Virus record (IMG/VR): IMGVR_UViG_3300036766_001014
Location: 1-64,000 of that record
From: a virus
Direction: 5' to 3' (one strand)
Length of the DNA: 64,000 nt
Part shown: positions 1 to 8,601 of the stretch, piece by piece
How positions within the stretch are numbered: position 1 is the stretch's first letter
How the letters are laid out: the number at the start of each line of letters is the position of its first letter
Made by a program: the position numbers and the translations under genes
Notes under the pieces: model-generated
What the model was told of the DNA's origin: nothing
Database searches by the model: none
The model's input: the letters and a program-made list of their open reading frames with translations, nothing else

Positions 1-45
1 GCTACGAACGAAGTACATGCAGGTTCGAGTCCTGCCGAGGGTACC
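1..45 (+). tRNA. tRNA-Arg(ACG), 3' part only (cut by window edge)
   Basis: CT-ACG-AA loop, T-arm GCAGG-TTCGAGT-CCTGC, ends CGAGGGT-A-CC. Confidence 0.8.
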
Positions 46-172
46 GTCCGCGATTGCGCTCGCGGAAGTCCAGGCATTCTGACGTCGCCTAGCTAGCGAC
101 GGAACAGGATGGCCTTCGACCAGCTAGGGTGAGCTGCGAATCAGGCGACGCGCTGTCGTCTGGTACCCACCG

Positions 173-244
173 GCCACCGACCGAGGGTCGGACGCGCCTC
201 TCATAAGGGCGTCGGAGACGTTTCGAGTACGTCCGGTGGCACCA
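173..244 (+). tRNA. tRNA with CAT anticodon (Met or Ile2), very small D-loop
   Basis: Acceptor GCCACCG/CGGTGGC-A-CCA, loop CTCATAA, T-arm GACGT-TTCGAGT-ACGTC. Confidence 0.8.
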
Positions 245-245
245 C

Positions 246-317
246 GCGGCGGCCTCTGGGAAGGGCGCGGCCCTTACAAGGCTGCGCAGGCGGGTTCGAT
301 TCCCGCACGCCGTACCA
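246..317 (+). tRNA. tRNA-Val(TAC)
   Basis: GCGGCG/CGCCGT-A-CCA, loop CTTACAA, GGTTCGATTCC T-arm. Confidence 0.85.
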
Positions 318-333
318 TCTGATATTGTCGCGC

Positions 334-411
334 GGCGGGCAGGGTCGTCCTAGTTTCCCAGAGCAGTCTCATAAGCTGTTTTAGCCTGGTGCAACACAGG
401 GCCCGCAACCA
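334..411 (+). tRNA. tRNA-Met(CAT), initiator-like 1:72 mismatch
   Basis: GGCGGGC/GCCCGCA-A-CCA, loop CTCATAA, variant T-loop GTGCAAC. Confidence 0.7.
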
Positions 412-416
412 ACTTC

Positions 417-581
417 ATGCGAAAACGTCTGCAACACTTGCACGAACGTCTGCGGCCTTATGCCGATCCTGAGTGGCATTCCAAGCGGTTCATGTGGTGG
501 TGCTTGTTGGGCGACCTGGCCCACGGACGGAAACTGTCCCGAGCAGACTTCGTATTCTGGTTACGAACGCTCGCGAGCTAG
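417..581 (+). CDS. small hypothetical protein (54 aa) inside tRNA cluster
   Basis: ATG...TAG frame MRKRLQHLHERL...LRTLAS fills the gap between two tRNAs. Confidence 0.4.
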   Translation: MRKRLQHLHERLRPYADPEWHSKRFMWWCLLGDLAHGRKLSRADFVFWLRTLAS

Positions 582-587
582 TGCTCT

Positions 588-661
588 GGGGTTGTGGTCC
601 AATAGGCAGAGGCGGCCGACTTAAAATCAGCATGTTGCGGGTTCGAGTCCCGCCTTCCCCA
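588..661 (+). tRNA. tRNA-Leu(TAA), short variable loop
   Basis: GGGGTTG/CTTCCCC-A, loop CTTAAAA, GGTTCGAGTCC. Confidence 0.8.
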
Positions 662-818
662 CAAAGATGATGGCGGCGCAGCGAAGCGCGGGAATAGGCC
701 GCTAGCGAGCTGAATACCGACCGAGGCTGCGGAGCAGACGTGCTTGTCGCGAGGGCAGTGGCCGTTCGACTCGGCGCCGCGACCTATGCTGGCGCAAGCC
801 CAGCCCATCAGTTGTTTT

Positions 819-894
819 GCTGTGCTAGCCCAACGGCAGGAGGCGCCTCGCTCAAAACGAGGACAGTCTGGGTTCGAGTCCCAGGCACAGCACC
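819..894 (+). tRNA. tRNA-Leu(CAA), short variable loop
   Basis: GCTGTGC/GCACAGC-A-CC, CCTCG-CTCAAAA-CGAGG. Confidence 0.9.
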
Positions 895-896
895 GC

Positions 897-973
897 GGAC
901 GTGTTGCTCAATTGGCAGAAGCAATGGACTAAGGATCCATCCGGTGCGAGTTCGACTCTCGCCACGTCCACCA
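897..973 (+). tRNA. tRNA-Leu(AAG), short variable loop
   Basis: GGACGTG/CACGTCC-A-CCA, ATGGA-CTAAGGA-TCCAT. Confidence 0.9.
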
Positions 974-974
974 T

Positions 975-1050
975 GCCAGGGTCGCTCAACGGAAGAAGCA
1001 GCTGGTTCAGAACCAGTTCAGTGCGAGTTCGAGTCTCGCTCCTGGTACCA
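975..1050 (+). tRNA. tRNA-Leu(CAG), short variable loop
   Basis: GCCAGGG/TCCTGGT-A-CCA, GCTGG-TTCAGAA-CCAGT. Confidence 0.9.
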
Positions 1051-1097
1051 ATCAACATTGACGAAGCAGCCCTATCCGGTTACTAGGAAACAACCCG

Positions 1098-1715
1098 ATG
1101 ACAATCGCCGTCAGAACCCTCGTGCTCGATGCCAGCTATCAGCCGCACAGGCTTGTGAGCTGGCAGCGCGCCGCTCAGCTTCTGCACGACGGTCGCGCCG
1201 AGGTTGTTGAGCTGTACGATGGAACCATCAGGGCGATCTCGCGCGATGTCGCCAGGACGCTCGACATCAGCAAGCAGATGCTCGCATGGTTCGAGCTTGG
1301 CGTGGATGATGCGGACCCGGATGTCTACGTCGTGCGCATGCCAGCAGTCGTGCGCCTCCTGTCGAAGGTCGGCCGCAAGAAGGCGGTCAAGTTCAGTCGC
1401 ATCAACGTGCTCACGCGCGATCGGTGGACCTGCCAATACTGCGGCGACAAGAAGAAGATGGCCGAGCTGAACTACGACCACGTCATTCCGCGCTCACAGG
1501 GCGGCAAGACGGTCTGGGAAAACATCGTTGCGGCCTGTTACGCCTGCAATAGCCTCAAGCGCAACCGCACGCCTGCGGAGGCCGGGATGCACTTGCTCGT
1601 CCAACCGGTGCGACCAAAGTCGTTGCCGATCGCGGCCCTGCGCATGGATGGGCTCAAGGACATTCCAGAGTGTTGGCGCAGCTTTCTCTATTGGCATGTG
1701 GAAATTTACCCGTGA
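1098..1715 (+). CDS. HNH endonuclease (McrA-like family)
   Basis: LVLDASY, RDRWTCQYCG, DHVIPRSQGG, ENIVAACYACN motifs. Confidence 0.9.
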   Translation: MTIAVRTLVLDASYQPHRLVSWQRAAQLLHDGRAEVVELYDGTIRAISRDVARTLDISKQMLAWFELGVDDADPDVYVVRMPAVVRLLSKVGRKKAVKFSRINVLTRDRWTCQYCGDKKKMAELNYDHVIPRSQGGKTVWENIVAACYACNSLKRNRTPAEAGMHLLVQPVRPKSLPIAALRMDGLKDIPECWRSFLYWHVEIYP

Positions 1716-2338
1716 TCCAAGCAGGACAACGGATCGGAGACTGGACCGTTTTGGAGTCGGCGCCTGCCGATCGTCACGGCAATCGACGATGGTTATGTCG
1801 CTGCTTGTGTGGCGTTGAAAAACTGGTGTTTCAGAACGGGCTTCTGACTGGAAATACCACGCAGTGCTCCAAGTGTGGCAGCCGAGCCTCGGCTGCCCGG
1901 CGTGGCAAACGGCTCATTACGCACGGTTTATCTGGTGTGCCCGAGTACAAGGTCTGGTCTGAGATGACCAGGCGTTGTTTGAATCCTAACGATCCCGTGT
2001 ACGCCGATTACGGTGGCCGTGGCATTGACGTTTTTCCGGGCTGGGTTGGCAGTGGAGGATTCGCAGAATTCATTGCTCATCTTGGCCGACGCCCGTCGCG
2101 AGTCCACTCTGTGGACCGCATCGACAACTCTGTTGGGTATTGGCCTGGAAACGTGCGTTGGGCTACGCAGCAGCAACAGATGCGGAACACCAGAGGCAAC
2201 CGAGTGATCTCGGCGCTCGGGCAAACGCTTTGTCTGATGGAATGGGCGGAGCGCACAGGGATCAAGAGGGAAACGATCGCGATGCGATTGCGCCTTGGGT
2301 GGGAGCCTGATCGCGCGGTAAGTCAGGCCGTACGATGA
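1712..2338 (+). mobile_element. free-standing HNH-type homing endonuclease gene
   Basis: GDWTVL..WLCRCLCG, HGLS..EYKVW..MTRRC, YGGRGI, SVDRIDNSVGYWPGNVRWAT; GTG start overlaps the upstream stop; codon usage looks more AT-rich. Confidence 0.85.
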
Positions 2339-2376
2339 AGTCGTGGCTGTACTGGCACGTCGAGCTGGAGCCGTGA
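2338..2376 (+). pseudogene. displaced original 3' end of the upstream HNH gene (KSWLYWHVELEP*)
   Basis: Paralogous to the current C-terminus RSFLYWHVEIYP* ending at 1715. Confidence 0.8.
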
Positions 2377-2579
2377 GCGACGATAGATGCGTGGTGTGCG
2401 GGCGTACACGCAAGGAGCATCATGCGTTTGTGCCGACCAAAGTTCCAAGCGGTTGCAAGTGCGACCCTATGGACTGGCGCACGCCTGAAGATGTTCCCGC
2501 CATCTGCATGCTGTTCAACGGGGACGATTCATCCAGCGAATGCTTGTCGTGTGAGCACCTGGCGGAGTGCCACCAATGA
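2373..2579 (+). CDS. small Cys-rich hypothetical protein
   Basis: GTGA overlap; CxxC pairs. Confidence 0.65.
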   Translation: MSDDRCVVCGRTRKEHHAFVPTKVPSGCKCDPMDWRTPEDVPAICMLFNGDDSSSECLSCEHLAECHQ

Positions 2580-2944
2580 GTAAGCCGCCAGCGACACGTC
2601 CAGATCGAATCCCGCTTCCCGGTCTTCCAACGGACGAGGAACGCAAGGCGTCCGCACGACATTACTTCTGGTACCAGGCGATTGAGTTCGGTCCCAGTTT
2701 ACTCGCTCTTGTCCTTTTGAGCGTCGCTACGGTGTGGGCGGTACACCGGGCTTGGGCAGAGCTTCAGGAAAAACAGAAGGCTGAAGCACAGCCGATGGAG
2801 TTGCTGGCTTTGAGAGTTCAGATACTCGGGCTTGAAGTGAAAGCGCTCAAAGCTGAAACGAAGCTTCTTCTTCAAGACGCGGCGCGGCTTCAGCAGGCTG
2901 CTGCTGGAGTACCCGTAGAGGATCCAAATGAACCAAAGCGCTAA
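2576..2944 (+). CDS. membrane protein with coiled coil
   Basis: One hydrophobic helix then heptad-like region; ATGA overlap. Confidence 0.65.
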   Translation: MSKPPATRPDRIPLPGLPTDEERKASARHYFWYQAIEFGPSLLALVLLSVATVWAVHRAWAELQEKQKAEAQPMELLALRVQILGLEVKALKAETKLLLQDAARLQQAAAGVPVEDPNEPKR

Positions 2945-2957
2945 TACAGGCGACCAC

Positions 2958-3173
2958 ATGAAAGGGGCGCTTCTCGGAGGCGTCTCTTTCGTTTCGCATG
3001 CCACGTTCCAGCTGCTTCCGACTGTCTACGTTCCCGGCCAAGTCTGGATCGGAGGCGAGCCTGTTTCTGGAGTCTGTACGTGCGGCAAAACTCTGATGGT
3101 GATCATGGACCGGTACAACGGGCCGCGAAGGTTTCGCTGTCCAGATCCTGTGTCAACCGGCTGCGCTTTTTGA
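2958..3173 (+). CDS. hypothetical protein
   Basis: ORF in operon-like run. Confidence 0.45.
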   Translation: MKGALLGGVSFVSHATFQLLPTVYVPGQVWIGGEPVSGVCTCGKTLMVIMDRYNGPRRFRCPDPVSTGCAF

Positions 3174-3180
3174 GGTTCCT

Positions 3181-3423
3181 ATGAAAGCTCGTGATCACGG
3201 ATACGGGTTCTGCCCGGTCTGCGGGAAAGACAGCCCGCTGAAAACTGCGATGGAACGTCGGCCCAACGGAAACACCACGTGCGGAGGCTGCGGCCAGGCC
3301 ACGCCGTCCGCCAAATGGTTGCGGGTTGTGCTGCCTGCCGGTTTAGGAAGTCATGCCGACAAAGACATTGACCCGTCGAGGTCGAACCGATGCTTCGTTT
3401 CCTTGACGCTTTTTTCTGTCTGA
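3181..3423 (+). CDS. Zn-ribbon hypothetical protein
   Basis: CPVC...CGGC, GAGG RBS. Confidence 0.6.
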   Translation: MKARDHGYGFCPVCGKDSPLKTAMERRPNGNTTCGGCGQATPSAKWLRVVLPAGLGSHADKDIDPSRSNRCFVSLTLFSV

Positions 3424-3572
3424 TCGGCGCGCATGCTTGGATTTATAACCAGGCGGAGCTGGACAGCTTGCGCCGACCCCTGATCCGATCTTGCGCGTGC
3501 TGTTCGAGGCAGCAGATCCGCGAGTACAACGGGTACGACCGCGGTGGCTTCGGGCCGTGGGTCAACCTGTGA
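3390..3572 (+). CDS. small hypothetical protein (DUF1660-like C..GxHxW..CxxC)
   Basis: FFCLIGAHAW...CACC. Confidence 0.55.
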   Translation: MLRFLDAFFCLIGAHAWIYNQAELDSLRRPLIRSCACCSRQQIREYNGYDRGGFGPWVNL

Positions 3573-3661
3573 GCGGGACGCTCTGCCTCCTCGCCTAGTG
3601 ATGCGTCGGCAGTCGCGTGCCGGTGACGCACTGCGCCGCGTGACGTCGGCCGTAAGATGAG

Positions 3662-4039
3662 TCACTTCGGCGGCTCCGAGTCGCCAGGCAGGTCGGGTTT
3701 CTTCACGCCGAAGTGGTCGAGCGCGGCGCCCAGGGCCCAGACCGTGAACAGCGACAGCATGCCGCACACGACGCCTTGCTGAATCTGTCCCTGATAGGTC
3801 CCGATGAACCAGAGCCTTGGCGTCGAAGGGATCGCGCCCCAGAGGCCGCCGACCACAAGAGGATGAAAGGGCATCGAGCGCCGCAGCTCCAGCCAGAGCC
3901 GCGAGCGCTTGGCCATCTCGGGCGTCAGATATCGCGTCCGCATGACGTGGCCGACGAAGCTCAGGACAGCGATCTGGACCCAGGCTGGCATCCAAGGGAT
4001 GAGCACATGGCCGACGAAGAAATCGATCAGGTCGCGCAT
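3662..4039 (-). CDS. multi-pass membrane protein (possible holin)
   Basis: About three hydrophobic segments and a charged tail. Confidence 0.6.
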   Translation of the reverse strand: MRDLIDFFVGHVLIPWMPAWVQIAVLSFVGHVMRTRYLTPEMAKRSRLWLELRRSMPFHPLVVGGLWGAIPSTPRLWFIGTYQGQIQQGVVCGMLSLFTVWALGAALDHFGVKKPDLPGDSEPPK

Positions 4040-4129
4040 GGGGCAAAAATAGACTTTGCCGGATGCTCCTGTCACGATTCCGGCTGTCCAGAAGCTTGCG
4101 TCGCCAGAAGCGAACAGAATGGAGCCGAC

Positions 4130-4780
4130 ATGTTGATCACCGTCACGAACCTCACCGCTGGCTTGTTGAGCATTGGTTTTCCGATCGGCAGGGCGCTGGC
4201 CGCATCCGGCGACCCCGGCGATTCTGTGACGCTCGGCGTGTCGCCGGAGGATCTGCTGGAGGGCACGGACCGCGGAAACCCGGCCTTCAAGACGCTGAAT
4301 CTGCTTCAACAGCAGGGCAAAATCCTGTTCACGGCCGTTGACGATCCAAACGATAGGAGCGTCACCAGGGAGGCGGCTTCCGTGGGCGAAGCCGTGCATC
4401 TCAAGATCCCGGTTGGGTTCGCGCTGGCCGACGCGGCCACCTTGTACGAGGTTCCGGTCGGCAAGCGACTGCAAATTGAAATGATGCTTTGGGAGACCAC
4501 GGCGGACTGGACGGGCGGCGCAGCGAGCGCCGTTGGCGTGTCGAGCGATCAAGCCCCGTACTCCACCCAGGGCGATCTCTTGGGCGGCGCGGTCGGCGAG
4601 GTGGCTGCCGACATGCAGGCAGCGGATGGCGTGCACCAGGGCACGCTGGGTACGTCGTTCTCGGCGGCGCCCGCCTCAGCGTTCCTGGACGGCGGCTCGA
4701 TCCTGCGCTGGGATCGCATCACCAGCGCGTACCTGACTGGCGCCGGATTCGTGCACGCGATCGGTCGCTGGGTAAGCTGA
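4130..4780 (+). CDS. putative virion structural protein
   Basis: GGAG RBS; G/A/T-rich beta-strand composition. Confidence 0.6.
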   Translation: MLITVTNLTAGLLSIGFPIGRALAASGDPGDSVTLGVSPEDLLEGTDRGNPAFKTLNLLQQQGKILFTAVDDPNDRSVTREAASVGEAVHLKIPVGFALADAATLYEVPVGKRLQIEMMLWETTADWTGGAASAVGVSSDQAPYSTQGDLLGGAVGEVAADMQAADGVHQGTLGTSFSAAPASAFLDGGSILRWDRITSAYLTGAGFVHAIGRWVS

Positions 4781-4835
4781 CCTGATCAGCGGTGACGCTT
4801 GACGATTCGCGCGTGGTCATTGACCATGTCGATTC

Positions 4836-5561
4836 ATGCCAAAGCCACTCAAAGACCAGAAGGTTCTGTGCTTCGTCCCTGCAACGAACTCGCATCTGAA
4901 GGATGCGACGGGGGCATTTCACCCCGAGTCGGCGGCGTTTCTGAAGCAGGCCAAGGGCGGCCTGATCTGCAAGTTCGACAACGAGAAAGAGCTTCCGGGC
5001 CGTCGAGCTGAGATTCTCGCGCAGCTGAAGCAGCACACCGGCGAGGGCTTTACGACGGTTGCGTTCTTCTGTCACGGGTGGATGGATGGCATGCAGGGCG
5101 GCTTTCTGCGAAAGCATGTCGGAGAGCTGGCGGCGGCGATCCACGCCTGCGTCAGCTCGAAGCCGAGTCCGGTCATCCTGGATGTCGTGGTGCCGCTCTA
5201 CTGCTGCTCCACCGGCAAGGACCCGCAGGACGATCCGCTCTCGGCGATCGGCACCGGCGACGATAGCTTCGCCGACAAGTTGCGCGACGCTCTGTGCTCG
5301 GTTGGGCAGATCAACTGCCGCGTGATGGGGCACACCGTCGCGGCCCACACCACGATGAACCCGATGGTTCTGTTCATGGACGGCATGGGCGTGCCGAATG
5401 GTGGCGTCGGCGGCTACCCGCCCGTCAGCCCCAAGTCCGCGGACTGGAAGGCGTGGAAGGCGACCCTTGCCAATCAGAAGTCCACGCTTCGGTTTCGCAT
5501 GCCGTTCATGACACCGGCCGAGATCCACGCCGAACTCGCTGAGCCTCTCGGCGTTGCATGA
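4836..5561 (+). CDS. putative caspase-fold (DUF4347-like) cysteine peptidase
   Basis: VAFFCHG ... VPLYCCSTG His/Cys dyad pattern. Confidence 0.55.
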   Translation: MPKPLKDQKVLCFVPATNSHLKDATGAFHPESAAFLKQAKGGLICKFDNEKELPGRRAEILAQLKQHTGEGFTTVAFFCHGWMDGMQGGFLRKHVGELAAAIHACVSSKPSPVILDVVVPLYCCSTGKDPQDDPLSAIGTGDDSFADKLRDALCSVGQINCRVMGHTVAAHTTMNPMVLFMDGMGVPNGGVGGYPPVSPKSADWKAWKATLANQKSTLRFRMPFMTPAEIHAELAEPLGVA

Positions 5562-5971
5562 CCTCCGAGCTGAAGGGGATCTTCATGCCGGTGAGCGCGC
5601 CGGTCGGCGGGCCGGTTGATGCGACCCTGCGTACGGATCCATGGGCGCGCACGATCGCGCCCGCGAGCGCAGAACAGTTCGCCCGCAATCGAGTCGAGCT
5701 GGTTGCCTCCGGCATGAAGGACTCGGCTATCCGAACGAACATCCCAGGCTCCGGCGAGTTGGCCAGGCAGGCGGCCGTGCTCCGAGGATGGCTGCTGAAT
5801 GGCCCCCAGGCACTGTCGGCCGCCGACATCGGGGTCGTTCGCGCCGCGCTCGTGATGCAGATTACCGAGCTGATCGATCCGCTGGAGACGCCGACCATGC
5901 GCGCCGAGCGCGCCAGTTACTTGCGTCAGCTCGACGGCGAGCTGTTGCTGCTACAGACCCAGCGCGGGTAA
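5558..5971 (+). CDS. hypothetical protein
   Basis: ATGA overlap with upstream gene. Confidence 0.65.
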   Translation: MTSELKGIFMPVSAPVGGPVDATLRTDPWARTIAPASAEQFARNRVELVASGMKDSAIRTNIPGSGELARQAAVLRGWLLNGPQALSAADIGVVRAALVMQITELIDPLETPTMRAERASYLRQLDGELLLLQTQRG

Positions 5972-5979
5972 GCTGTGGC

Positions 5980-6213
5980 ATGGAACGCCAAACGGTTACC
6001 TGCTTGCATTGTCCCGCCAGCGGCATTGTCGAGGCGCCCGTCTCGACGCGCGGCTTGTTGCCGTCGGAGTGGATGTGGTGGACACGTCGAGCAGAAGGGC
6101 TTGATGCCGCGCCATGCTGTCCAGAGTGCTGGTCGAAGCTGTCGCCGGACCGCAATCTTCGTCGCGTAGGCGGGCCGCTCAGCCGAGCTGCGCGCGGCGG
6201 CACGCGCGGCTGA
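5980..6213 (+). CDS. Zn-finger hypothetical protein
   Basis: CLHC...CCPEC. Confidence 0.55.
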   Translation: MERQTVTCLHCPASGIVEAPVSTRGLLPSEWMWWTRRAEGLDAAPCCPECWSKLSPDRNLRRVGGPLSRAARGGTRG

Positions 6214-6221
6214 GGCTGATC

Positions 6222-6932
6222 ATGAGGATCATCATCGCCGGTAGTCGGCGTTACGAGGACTATTCCGAGCTGGTCGCGAGCATCGAGGCTTCTGGCTTCG
6301 ACGTGACCGAGGTCGTGAGCGGGGGAGCGAAGGGGGCCGACTCGCTGGGTGAGCGCTGGGCCAGAGAGCGCGGCATTCCGATCAAGCGTTTCGATGCCGA
6401 CTGGGACGGGCTCGGTAAGCGCGCCGGGGCCGCTCGAAACGGAGAGATGGCGGCCTACGCCGAGGCGCTGATTGCATTTCCACTTGCTGACTCGCGCGGC
6501 ACCGCGCTCATGATCGAGCAGGCCACCAAGGCAGGCTTGCTGGTGTACGTCCATAAAGCCCGACACCGGTGTCACGCCAACGGGTGCCAGGCAGACGATT
6601 GCCACCCCGAGCTGCCGTTCTGTCGGCGGCACACCGGGATGCTGCCCCAATGGCTGCGCAAGGCCCTGTGGAGCGGCCGCAGGCTCGATGGCCGGTGCGG
6701 AGCCTGTGCCGATGCCGAGTCCATGCCTCTCGACGCCCGGCACCGTGCGGTGCCAGAGTGGCCAGTTCACTTCAACCTGGCCGTGGCCATCGCGCTCACG
6801 GCCGAGTTCGGCGACTGCGGAGCCCCGCCTGAGCTGCATGACGACCAGGGCTTCTGCTGGGGGTGCGGCGTGGCCGCGGCCGCCGACACCTATCGAATGG
6901 CACTGGTAGAGCTGGCTAAACATACCATGTAG
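6222..6932 (+). CDS. SLOG-family (DUF2493/YspA-like) protein with Cys-rich C-terminal domain
   Basis: MRIIIAGSR, VVSGGAKGAD, AGAARNGEM, SRGTALMI motifs. Confidence 0.85.
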   Translation: MRIIIAGSRRYEDYSELVASIEASGFDVTEVVSGGAKGADSLGERWARERGIPIKRFDADWDGLGKRAGAARNGEMAAYAEALIAFPLADSRGTALMIEQATKAGLLVYVHKARHRCHANGCQADDCHPELPFCRRHTGMLPQWLRKALWSGRRLDGRCGACADAESMPLDARHRAVPEWPVHFNLAVAIALTAEFGDCGAPPELHDDQGFCWGCGVAAAADTYRMALVELAKHTM

Positions 6933-7157
6933 TACATGGCAATGTAGTGCAAAGCCGTGTATAGCCTCGCCATAGGATAGGCTCAGGTGCGTTGGCATGT
7001 GGTTGATTTTGAGCGGCATGGCTGTGGCACTCGTGTCGGCAATGCGCCGAGATAGCCGCCTGACGCTTGCCCGACATGCTCCGCCCACCATCTACGATGG
7101 TCGGGGCGAGTGGCGTCGCGCGCGACTGGCGTTGGCCTCCTATCGGAGCAAGGCGGC

Positions 7158-7520
7158 ATGACGTTTCTCTCCGCGCTGGAAGAACGTGGTCGAGCGCTGG
7201 CGCGGCGATACAGCGAGATTCGATCGATCGTTGCGAGCGCCGAGGCCGTGTTGCCCAACGATCCGGGCGTGACCAACGGCATCCGTGTGCCGTTCAGCAT
7301 TCGCGACCGCCTGACGGAAGTGCAGAGCCGTCATGGCATCGCCACAACTCGCGACACGATCTACAAGTGCATGATGCTCGGCCTCGTGACGCTTGAGCGC
7401 CTGGAGCCAGCGTCCGCACACGTGACGCCTCAGCGTCATCGCGCTCCAGGATCGTACAGAGTTCTGAGCGAGTCCGACGTATCGAGGATCCGTGATGAAG
7501 GATACAGTGACGGCCTATGA
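7158..7520 (+). CDS. hypothetical protein (possible winged helix)
   Basis: ORF with RBS. Confidence 0.55.
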   Translation: MTFLSALEERGRALARRYSEIRSIVASAEAVLPNDPGVTNGIRVPFSIRDRLTEVQSRHGIATTRDTIYKCMMLGLVTLERLEPASAHVTPQRHRAPGSYRVLSESDVSRIRDEGYSDGL

Positions 7521-7837
7521 TGGCAGCGCGCATTCCGATCGCGACCACTGAGCGCGGAACGCCTGTCTACTCGATGGACGGCGAGCTGCCGGACAACCTG
7601 TTGCCTCGGCCATCCACGAAGGCCAGGGGCATTGGGGCGCCAGCTCCAGAGGGCCCGCTCGCGAAGTGGCTCGCCGAGCGATACCCGGCGCCGTGCTGCG
7701 TGATCATTCGATGGCGCAAGTACAGCCGCATCCTCAAGCTTTCCGAGCGCGGTGACGTCATCACGGTGTCGGCCCGCGCGATCCGCATCGAGGATCGCAG
7801 GCGCCTCGTCGAGGCCGGTCTCTTGAGCAAGACCTGA
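7517..7837 (+). CDS. hypothetical protein
   Basis: ATGA overlap. Confidence 0.6.
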   Translation: MMAARIPIATTERGTPVYSMDGELPDNLLPRPSTKARGIGAPAPEGPLAKWLAERYPAPCCVIIRWRKYSRILKLSERGDVITVSARAIRIEDRRRLVEAGLLSKT

Positions 7838-7868
7838 TTCGCGGGCATTCTGGTTGCCGGAGGCGACG

Positions 7869-8318
7869 ATGAGAGTTCTGATCCACGTGTGCGCCATGGA
7901 CGAGGAGAACGGCATCAAGGCCACGCGCGAGGACGTCATCGACGTCCCCGGCAAGGTGGTCAAGTTGCACGAGATGATCGGCGGCGGCGATGAGCACGCC
8001 GTGTTGCGCCGGATCGGTGATTCGGTATTCGCGGCGGCCATGCGCGAGCTGCAAGCCGGGCGCGTGGACGTCAACAAGGCGCTGACCGCGGCGGGCGGCG
8101 GCCGAATCGGCGGCCGTGACCCAGCTCAGGCGGTGGCAGAGGCCACCGGAGAAGCTCCAGCTCGGCCAGCGGTGGACCTGGCCGCGACCTTGGGGCTGGA
8201 CCTCATCCAGGCCCAGGTCAGGAAAGAACGTGCGCAGCCCACAGCTCCTGGACGGCCGGTGGCGCCGCCGCAGCAACGGGCCGCCGGTCCTGGACCAGTC
8301 GGGTTCCCCAGGGGCTAG
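7869..8318 (+). CDS. hypothetical protein
   Basis: GGAGG RBS, typical codon bias. Confidence 0.65.
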   Translation: MRVLIHVCAMDEENGIKATREDVIDVPGKVVKLHEMIGGGDEHAVLRRIGDSVFAAAMRELQAGRVDVNKALTAAGGGRIGGRDPAQAVAEATGEAPARPAVDLAATLGLDLIQAQVRKERAQPTAPGRPVAPPQQRAAGPGPVGFPRG

Positions 8319-8364
8319 CCGACGGTCTCGCTCGCTTACCGAGTGACACAGGTCACGGGAGCGC

Positions 8365-8601
8365 TCACTCGGACATCGCAGACAGTTCCAGCTCGGACAT
8401 GTCCTCGGCATCGCTGAGCGTGCGCTTGATTTGATCTTCGGTGAGCCCGAGCCGTGCCAGTCGCTCGCTCGCAGCCTTGCGTGCTCCGCGAATGATGCGC
8501 CGAGAGTGTCCGCCGGTTTTGCTGTGCGACCAGTGCCACTTTGCAGAAGCGAACGCCGCTCCGTAGGAGTCTTGAATCCCGATGAGTGTGTTGTCGGTCA
8601 T
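8365..8601 (-). CDS. hypothetical protein
   Basis: AAGGGA RBS; minus-strand run. Confidence 0.6.
   Translation of the reverse strand: MTDNTLIGIQDSYGAAFASAKWHWSHSKTGGHSRRIIRGARKAASERLARLGLTEDQIKRTLSDAEDMSELELSAMSE

Noticed and set aside
46-170. RNase P or SRP RNA
   Set aside because: It is too short for RNase P, and only a GGAAGTCC fragment resembles it. There is no SRP helix-8 motif.
473-1210. ORFs overlapping the tRNA cluster (also 29187-29468 and 29213-29785)
   Set aside because: They are spurious translations of structured RNA genes.
1712-2338. Group I intron around the homing endonuclease
   Set aside because: There is no flanking non-coding sequence for a ribozyme core, and the upstream gene already has a complete replacement end.
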